A DNA stretch of 64,000 nt from an uncultured Nitrososphaerota archaeon (GTDB lineage: Archaea > Thermoproteota > Nitrososphaeria > Nitrososphaerales > Gagatemarchaeaceae). Position numbers and translations under genes: made by a program. The notes under the pieces were generated by a model that ran no database searches, had not been told where the DNA came from, and saw only the letters and a program-made list of their open reading frames with translations. Of the stretch, positions 58,571 to 64,000 are shown piece after piece (within the stretch, counting starts at the first letter, position 1; each line of letters starts with the position of its first letter). The stretch covers positions 448,001-512,000 of the forward strand of contig CAWISW010000002.1 of the NCBI GenBank assembly GCA_963838925.1, in the 5' to 3' direction.

Positions 58571-61012
58571 CTAGCTCCGAGCCCGTCGGCGACCGCGAGC
58601 CACCAAGACGGCAGCGCCCGCGACGACGACCACCCCGACGGCGGCCAAGGTGTAGGCGACCTCCGGCGACAGCCCTCCCACCCCGCTCGACGTCGACGAG
58701 GTCGGCCCGCCAGTCGTCTCTATCCCGATCGAGATCACCTCGCCTGGGATTACCTCCGCGTGCCCCAGCGGCCCGTGGAGACCCTTCTCGCCAAGGACGG
58801 GGTGGTTGCTCCCGCCGTAGGTGAGCAGGATGTGCATCACCCCGTTCGCGTCAGGAGCCATGCTCATGGGGGCGAGAAGGGGCACCCCCAGGTCGATGGT
58901 GCGGAGGACCTTCCCCGTGTCCGAGGACTGGAAGACGAGCTCTCCGTCCGGCCACTGGGATACGACCATCCCGCCCGTGACGATGATGCCTCCCCTGTAG
59001 TAGATCGGCCTGGTGTAGCTCCAGAGGACGCTGCCGTTCACGGGGTCTATCTTCAGGATGGTGGCGTTGGTCTGCATCTGGCCAGAGAAGTAGAGGTTCG
59101 TCCCGAAGACTATCCCCGAGGAGCCCTTGTAGTCGACGTCCCCGATGTAGTCTCGCTCCATCGGCCCGTCCATGACGACCACGTAGAAGTATCTACCGTC
59201 GAACGCGTTCTCGGACTCCATCATGTAGGGCGCCTCGATGAACCCCGCCTTCCCGGTCGCGCCTATCGCAGGGCAGACCGTGGTGTTGGCTATCGCGGTG
59301 CACGACTGGACCCTCCCGACCCCCGCCAGGGCCTCGCACTCCGCGTTCGTCCCCACCGGGCAGTCGAACTGGGTCATCTCGGTGAGGTTCAGCGGGTCGA
59401 GCCCCTCGCTCGCCCTGTATGGGGCCCCCGTGACGTAGCCGTGCGGCCTGGGTATCTGGCCCGCGGCGTACTCCGACCAGAGCCTGTCCCACGCGGCGCC
59501 GAAGTCGCAGCTCTCGACGTTGGACGGCACGCACTCGAACGGCGCCGACGCGCTCGAAGAGGGGTCGCTGTAGTCGGGCATGGTGGTGTCCAGGATCCAC
59601 TTCGGTTGGCCGGTGATGGCGTCCATGCCGTAGACGACACCGCTCTTGCAAGCCTTCAGGACCATCTTCTCCCCTTCAACGGTCGCGAATATCGTGTTCA
59701 GGTTGCAGTCCTCGTCGTTCAGGTCTCGCGCGATGCTCTTGTCCGCCCAGACTATCTTGCCGTCGGTCAGGTTCAGGCCGACGATCGAGTTCGCGAGGAG
59801 GTTGGGGCCTGGACGCAGCGACCCGTTCCAGTCCGGGCCCGGCTCAGAGGTGCCGAGGAAGGCCATCCCGTCCTGGTCGTCGAGCGCATACTGCCCCCAC
59901 GAGTTGCTCATGCCCGTGCTGGGGGCGATGTCGGTGCCGTTCCAGCGGCTCGAAAGGGCCGGGTCCTGCCAGTCGTCCTGTACTATGCTCGCAGGAAGCG
60001 CCGCGCACGGCACCCCGGCCACCCAGACGCTGGCGGTCTGGCAGAGGTCGACGGACCAGTTCCGCTCGCTGCCGTCGATGGGGGGCATGAAGAAGGTCCG
60101 CCACAGCAGGGTGCTGCCCGCCGAGCACGCGCCCCCCTGCTCTGTGGTGCACGCCCCCCCTTGGGCAGCGCAGCCGTCGCCGCTCACGATGTTGGCCGGG
60201 TCGAGGGCCGCTGAAAGGCTGCACCCCTCGACGAAGAACCTCCCGCCGCCCGTGCCCTCCGCGGAACCTCCCACGTAGTAGAGGATCTCGTTGTACTTCA
60301 CGTCGACCTGGATCGCGCTGTCCCCGAAGGAGTAGTACTGCCCCCACCCGCCGTACGGGCTCAGGTCTCCCGGTATGTCGTTGCAGAGCCCCGTCAAGTT
60401 GGCGCGGAGCACGCCGGTCGAGGCGTCCCACCCCTGGAGCTGGCACCCGAAGCCGTTCACCCAGATCACGCCGTCCACCAGGTTCGCGCTGTGGAGGTGG
60501 CCGGGGGGCCCGGAGGGAGCCCAGGGAAGCTTCTGGTAGGAAGCCCAGTCCATCGCGGCCTGACCAGGGAGGGACGGCATGACCTCGGCGCCTGTGGCGA
60601 GGTTGAACGCGAACACGCTCAGCCCGTTCGTTACCACGAAGCCGGTGCCATCCGCGGAGAGCACCGGGGCCATCGTGCCCTCGAGGCTGGTGGAGTACGG
60701 CAGGCCAGGGAAGCGGCTCTGCAGCGAGGGGGTGACGGACATGACGCTGGGGATGGGGAATATGTACTGCACGCCCAGGCTGCCCACGGAGGCCGCGTTG
60801 ATCTGAGTCTGGGGCGAGTAGTCCCACCCTTGCTCGCCCGTGGAGCCTGGTCCTGTGTACTCCGTCCAATCGAGCGAGGAGTAGTTGGAGCCCGTCGTGC
60901 TCGTGGCGGCTGAGAGGGGCTCCACGGCGGCGACGATGGGGGGCAATCCTGACGCTGAGGCAGGAGAGGCGTGCATCAAAGCGGTGGAGGCCAATAGGAG
61001 CCAAACGAGCAC
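58571..61012 (-). CDS. Exported, C-terminally anchored PQQ-dependent dehydrogenase-like beta-propeller protein
   Basis: Signal peptide, YSPQTQINAASV, GTSEPGPDWN..RPGPNL, DLNDEDCN, CKSGVVYGMDAITG, TM tail with RRRAR. Confidence 0.72.
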   Translation of the reverse strand: MLVWLLLASTALMHASPASASGLPPIVAAVEPLSAATSTTGSNYSSLDWTEYTGPGSTGEQGWDYSPQTQINAASVGSLGVQYIFPIPSVMSVTPSLQSRFPGLPYSTSLEGTMAPVLSADGTGFVVTNGLSVFAFNLATGAEVMPSLPGQAAMDWASYQKLPWAPSGPPGHLHSANLVDGVIWVNGFGCQLQGWDASTGVLRANLTGLCNDIPGDLSPYGGWGQYYSFGDSAIQVDVKYNEILYYVGGSAEGTGGGRFFVEGCSLSAALDPANIVSGDGCAAQGGACTTEQGGACSAGSTLLWRTFFMPPIDGSERNWSVDLCQTASVWVAGVPCAALPASIVQDDWQDPALSSRWNGTDIAPSTGMSNSWGQYALDDQDGMAFLGTSEPGPDWNGSLRPGPNLLANSIVGLNLTDGKIVWADKSIARDLNDEDCNLNTIFATVEGEKMVLKACKSGVVYGMDAITGQPKWILDTTMPDYSDPSSSASAPFECVPSNVESCDFGAAWDRLWSEYAAGQIPRPHGYVTGAPYRASEGLDPLNLTEMTQFDCPVGTNAECEALAGVGRVQSCTAIANTTVCPAIGATGKAGFIEAPYMMESENAFDGRYFYVVVMDGPMERDYIGDVDYKGSSGIVFGTNLYFSGQMQTNATILKIDPVNGSVLWSYTRPIYYRGGIIVTGGMVVSQWPDGELVFQSSDTGKVLRTIDLGVPLLAPMSMAPDANGVMHILLTYGGSNHPVLGEKGLHGPLGHAEVIPGEVISIGIETTGGPTSSTSSGVGGLSPEVAYTLAAVGVVVVAGAAVLVARGRRRARS

Positions 61013-61138
61013 CGAGGGGGTGCCAAACGACCGAAGGCTAGGAGAGTTCGTTTCTTCCCCTGACCGTTCTCGCCCGCCCTCGGCTTAAGAACCTGTCTTG
61101 ACCGTGGAACGGCTCTCCAAGGGGGTTGCGATAGACCC

Positions 61139-61146
61139 CTTTTTCG
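61139..61146 (+). repeat. Left 8-bp target-site duplication CTTTTTCG
   Basis: Identical to 63130-63137. Confidence 0.88.
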
Positions 61147-61194
61147 GGTTCTGTTCAATCAACGGCTCTCGTTCTCCGTGTTAAGTCTCGGCTC
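61147..61194 (+). repeat. Left terminal inverted repeat
   Basis: GGTTCTGTTCAAtcaaCGGCTCtCGTTCTccgTGTTAAGtCTCGGCTC matches reverse complement of 63082-63129. Confidence 0.88.
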
Positions 61195-62310
61195 TTTTGC
61201 CGCGTTCTGGATGATGGTAAGCCACTTGTTCTCGCCTTCGACCGTTATCCCGCAAGCCTCGGCGGGAGTCTTTCCCTCAAGGCCCTCGTGCGGTCTGATG
61301 AAGTTGTGGAAGATTTGATACCCCTTCAAGGCGGGAGAGTCCACATTCTTCAGGCCCCTCATCACCTTCTCTCGGTCTCGGAACTCTCCGTTTAGCCTCT
61401 CCATCTTGTTGTTGTTTCGGTCTCCCTTTAGCGTGATGTGCCGGATGTGCTGAGTCCTCGGATACTTCTGAGTCCAGAACTCTTTCGTGTATGCGTCTTG
61501 GTAATTCTTCGCGCCATCGGTGATGAAGGTCAGAGGCTTCTTTCCGGCGACCTCCTTGCTGACGCTCAGTAGCCTCCGAGCGTCGTGGATGTATTTGGTG
61601 TCCGCGACCTCTTGGGCTATCCAGAAGCGGGTCTCGTCGTCCATCATCGCGTAGAGATACTTCATGTTGCCCTTCACCTTCAAGTAGAGTTCGTCGGCCC
61701 GCCATGTGTCGGAGACGTTGGGTGTGAACTCGCTAAGATACCTCTCCATGAGCTTGACATACTTGCCTATCCAATTGTAGACCGTCACATGGGAAACCGT
61801 CACGCCTTGGAGTAGAAGGAACTTCTGGACGTTCCGAAGGCTCTCACCCGTGAAGTAGAGTTGCATCGCGGAGGTTATCGCTTGCGGGGAGGCCGCCATG
61901 CGCTCGAAGCCGAGATTCTTGACGAACCATTTGCCGCACTGATTGCACTCGTATCTCTGGATGGTGGAGTTCTTGTTCTTCCGGACTCCGTGCTTGATGA
62001 TGTCCTCTGAGCCGCACTCAAGGCAACTCTGGAAGTCCAGAGGCACGACCCGCTTCGAGTTCTCTATCCGTCGCCTAAGCTCTAACGAGAGTTCGACCGC
62101 GAAGATGTGCTTGCACTTGATTACGCGAGTGAGCGCGTCAGGGCAAGAGCAGAACCAACCCGACTCAGTTGAGACGACTTGGTATTCGCCGTTGCCCGAT
62201 TGGCTCTTGACTCTGTATTCGGTCGCGTCGAGCCTTCGGACGTTGCTCTCCACCTCTGCGATTGCTTGGCCTCTCACTTTTCGCGCCTCAAGTTCTTGGA
62301 AGGTAGCCAT
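61159..62310 (-). CDS. IS6-like DDE transposase with N-terminal SWIM zinc finger and zinc ribbon
   Basis: CSC..CKH (SWIM), CLEC..CNQC, HTH VSHVTVYNWI, WRADE / ITDG / NNKMER catalytic triad. Confidence 0.9.
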   Translation of the reverse strand: MATFQELEARKVRGQAIAEVESNVRRLDATEYRVKSQSGNGEYQVVSTESGWFCSCPDALTRVIKCKHIFAVELSLELRRRIENSKRVVPLDFQSCLECGSEDIIKHGVRKNKNSTIQRYECNQCGKWFVKNLGFERMAASPQAITSAMQLYFTGESLRNVQKFLLLQGVTVSHVTVYNWIGKYVKLMERYLSEFTPNVSDTWRADELYLKVKGNMKYLYAMMDDETRFWIAQEVADTKYIHDARRLLSVSKEVAGKKPLTFITDGAKNYQDAYTKEFWTQKYPRTQHIRHITLKGDRNNNKMERLNGEFRDREKVMRGLKNVDSPALKGYQIFHNFIRPHEGLEGKTPAEACGITVEGENKWLTIIQNAAKEPRLNTENESR

Positions 62311-62327
62311 CTATCTTTCGCTATCAA

Positions 62328-62371
62328 TAGGTAGCAATCAATAGTCTTATAAAGATATCTAACGCTACCTA
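62328..62371. promoter_or_regulatory. Inverted-repeat operator TAGGTAGC-N28-GCTACCTA around divergent TATA box
   Basis: Perfect 8-bp inverted repeat enclosing TTATAAA between transposase and RHH starts. Confidence 0.6.
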
Positions 62372-62515
62372 ATGATGGACATGCAGAAACGCTACATGCT
62401 GACCATGACCGAAGAGATGGAAAAGAAGCTAGAGGTGGAGCGAAAGAAGAGGCTCTTAGATTCGATACCGGAGACCGTGCGAATGATATTGAGCGAGTAT
62501 CTATCAAAGGGTTAG
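62372..62515 (+). CDS. 47-aa ribbon-helix-helix (CopG/MetJ-like) protein
   Basis: MMDMQKRYMLTMTEEMEKKLEVERKKRLLDSIPETVRMILSEYLSKG; beta strand plus two helices; below ORF-track cutoff. Confidence 0.72.
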   Translation: MMDMQKRYMLTMTEEMEKKLEVERKKRLLDSIPETVRMILSEYLSKG

Positions 62516-62526
62516 ACCCGAGCCGA

Positions 62527-62946
62527 TTGCCCTTGACGAAAAGAAGAGCAGAAACCAGCACCTTTTGGGGTTTAGCGGTTCCGTTGATTGGGTTGGTTCT
62601 GCTCGGAGTATACTTCCCGAGCGTGTGGGGATTTTCCTTCTCTTTCCTTGTCTCATTCGCCGTCGCCGATGTAATCATGTATTACTCTCTGGAGAAAGGA
62701 ACGGGGGCAAAATGGGCGCATGGCGCACGTTCAGAAATCCGCATTTGGATTGTCTTGTTTGTAATAGTGGTGGCTTCTCTCGCAGGGGCGAAGATAGGAG
62801 AGTTTGTAACCGGTCTCAATGCTGTTCAGAACTATTGGTTGATTGTCGGTGAGGCATTCCTGACGGTCGTGACTCTCTATGTCTACCTTGCTTGGAGATA
62901 TAACGACTCATCCCCATCAGAGAACCAAATACCGCAACAATCGTAA
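62527..62946 (+). CDS. Four-TM membrane protein, IS passenger
   Basis: Four hydrophobic segments; starts 11 nt after RHH stop, inside the TIRs. Confidence 0.65.
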   Translation: MPLTKRRAETSTFWGLAVPLIGLVLLGVYFPSVWGFSFSFLVSFAVADVIMYYSLEKGTGAKWAHGARSEIRIWIVLFVIVVASLAGAKIGEFVTGLNAVQNYWLIVGEAFLTVVTLYVYLAWRYNDSSPSENQIPQQS

Positions 62947-63081
62947 GCTCGAAGTTCAGGTTCAGGGCCTTCGCAATAAGGAGAAATGCAATCTCGCCGA
63001 GTCCGACCTTCGCCATGCGAAGGTATTCTCTGACCTCCTCTTCGGTCATCCCCCCTTGCCTCACCATTTCAGCGTTCCCGC

Positions 63082-63129
63082 GAGCCGAGGCTTAACAGTC
63101 AGAACGCGAGCCGCCCGTTGAACAGAACC
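63082..63129 (-). repeat. Right terminal inverted repeat
   Basis: Reverse complement GGTTCTGTTCAAcgggCGGCTCgCGTTCTgacTGTTAAGcCTCGGCTC. Confidence 0.88.
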
Positions 63130-63137
63130 CTTTTTCG
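63130..63137 (+). repeat. Right 8-bp target-site duplication CTTTTTCG
   Basis: Identical to 61139-61146. Confidence 0.88.
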
Positions 63138-63173
63138 CAAAGCGTAAATAGCGCCGACCGGAGGAACATCACA

Positions 63174-63455
63174 ATGGACCCGCTTGAGCTTGTCATCATA
63201 GGCATAATCATAGTGGTCGTAGTGGTAATGGGGCCCAAGAGGATCCCGGAGCTGGCAAGGGCCTTGGGATCCGCCAAGAAGGAGTTCAACGCGGGCGCCC
63301 AGGCGACTCCAGCGGCCGGCACGAGCGCATCCGTGGGCTCTCCGATGGGGGGAGACGACCTGATGGTGGCCGCTCAGAGGCTCGGCATCTCGACGGAAGG
63401 CAAGACCAGGGAGCAGATATCTGCCGAGATCGTCCGCAAGACCGCGGGCGCCTAG
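63174..63455 (+). CDS. tatA: Twin-arginine translocase TatA
   Basis: TM helix then GPKRIPELARALGSAKKEF; GGAGG upstream. Confidence 0.92.
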   Translation: MDPLELVIIGIIIVVVVVMGPKRIPELARALGSAKKEFNAGAQATPAAGTSASVGSPMGGDDLMVAAQRLGISTEGKTREQISAEIVRKTAGA

Positions 63456-63646
63456 AGCGACGAGACCTTCCCGTGTCAGTGCCTGGCAACATTTCTCCTA
63501 GCGGGGCTTAGGCAGGCGCTCGCGTCAATCATTTAAATCGAGAACGTTCCCAGGTCGCAAGCAGTTGAGAGCCACCTTGGGCGACGCCTCCTGGTTCCTT
63601 CGCTCGCTCGCCTCTGGCTCTCTCGCCCCGGGTCAGGTGTAGAAGC

Positions 63647-64000
63647 CTGAGCTCAGAGTCCCTCAACATAATGGAGCACCTCGACGAGCTGAAGCACAGG
63701 ATGAAGGTGGCCTTCCTGAGCTACGTGGTGATCCTCGCGATCTTCCTCCTGGCCCCGGCAAACCCCGCGAAGGCGATAACCTTCACGGGCACCTACGAGC
63801 CGTTCGTCGCATTCTTCCTCGCGAGGGTGAAGCTGGACCTGCTTCCGGCGGGCTGGACGCTGATCGCCGGCCCCCTGACGGCGCCCCTCGAGGTCTACCT
63901 CGTGGCGTCGGTGGTCCTCGCGGCCGTCTTCAACAGCCCCATATTCGCGTACGAGGTGATGAGGTTCATCACCCCCGCGCTGACGGACAGGGAGAAGGGG
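63647..64000 (+). CDS. tatC: Twin-arginine translocase TatC, N-terminal part (runs off window end)
   Basis: (M)SSESLNIMEHLDELKHRMKVAF...TAPLEVYL...SPIFAYEVMRFITPALTDREK; start at CTG 63647 or ATG 63671. Confidence 0.88.
   Translation, partial: MSSESLNIMEHLDELKHRMKVAFLSYVVILAIFLLAPANPAKAITFTGTYEPFVAFFLARVKLDLLPAGWTLIAGPLTAPLEVYLVASVVLAAVFNSPIFAYEVMRFITPALTDREKG

Larger units (their letters stand above)
61147..63129. mobile_element. IS6-like insertion sequence with passenger genes (1,983 bp)
   Basis: Imperfect ~50-bp TIRs beginning GGTTCTGTTCAA, 8-bp direct repeat, DDE transposase, lower GC than flanks. Confidence 0.9.

Noticed and set aside
63565-63642. 25-codon ORF between tatA and tatC (TTG...TAG)
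   Set aside because: No recognisable features; too short to support as a gene or TatB
1-64000. tRNA, rRNA or CRISPR arrays
   Set aside because: No T-loop/cloverleaf, rRNA-like segment or regularly spaced repeats found by eye; tRNAscan-SE and Infernal would be needed to exclude them fully

Overview
High-GC archaeal chromosomal window, most consistent with a non-ammonia-oxidising Nitrososphaerota (Thaumarchaeota)/TACK lineage (PolB1, eS25, eS26, Rpo6, Rpo12, Alba, archaeal aaRSs); taxonomy is inferred from gene content only. Mostly housekeeping genes (GlyRS, TyrRS, ThrRS, ProRS, DNA ligase, EndA, TrmI, PheA, ApgM, GalT, CtaB, TatA/TatC). Notable parts: (1) a glycan locus with a full predicted GDP-manno-heptose pathway (HddC, HddA, GmhA, GmhB) plus its own transaldolase, flippase and two epimerases; (2) PolB1 with a 444-aa Gln-terminated LAGLIDADG intein one residue off the usual motif-B site; (3) a wHTH-solute-binding fusion regulator divergent from an NCS1 permease with a palindromic operator; (4) a membrane-anchored PQQ-dehydrogenase-like protein; (5) a fully bounded 1,983-bp IS6-like element (61147-63129; ~50-bp imperfect TIRs, 8-bp target duplication CTTTTTCG) carrying a SWIM-finger DDE transposase, an unannotated 47-aa ribbon-helix-helix gene with a matching operator, and a membrane-protein passenger. 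Several genes appear to start at CTG, and several carry frameshifts in G/C runs that may be sequencing errors. No tRNA, rRNA or CRISPR array was recognised.
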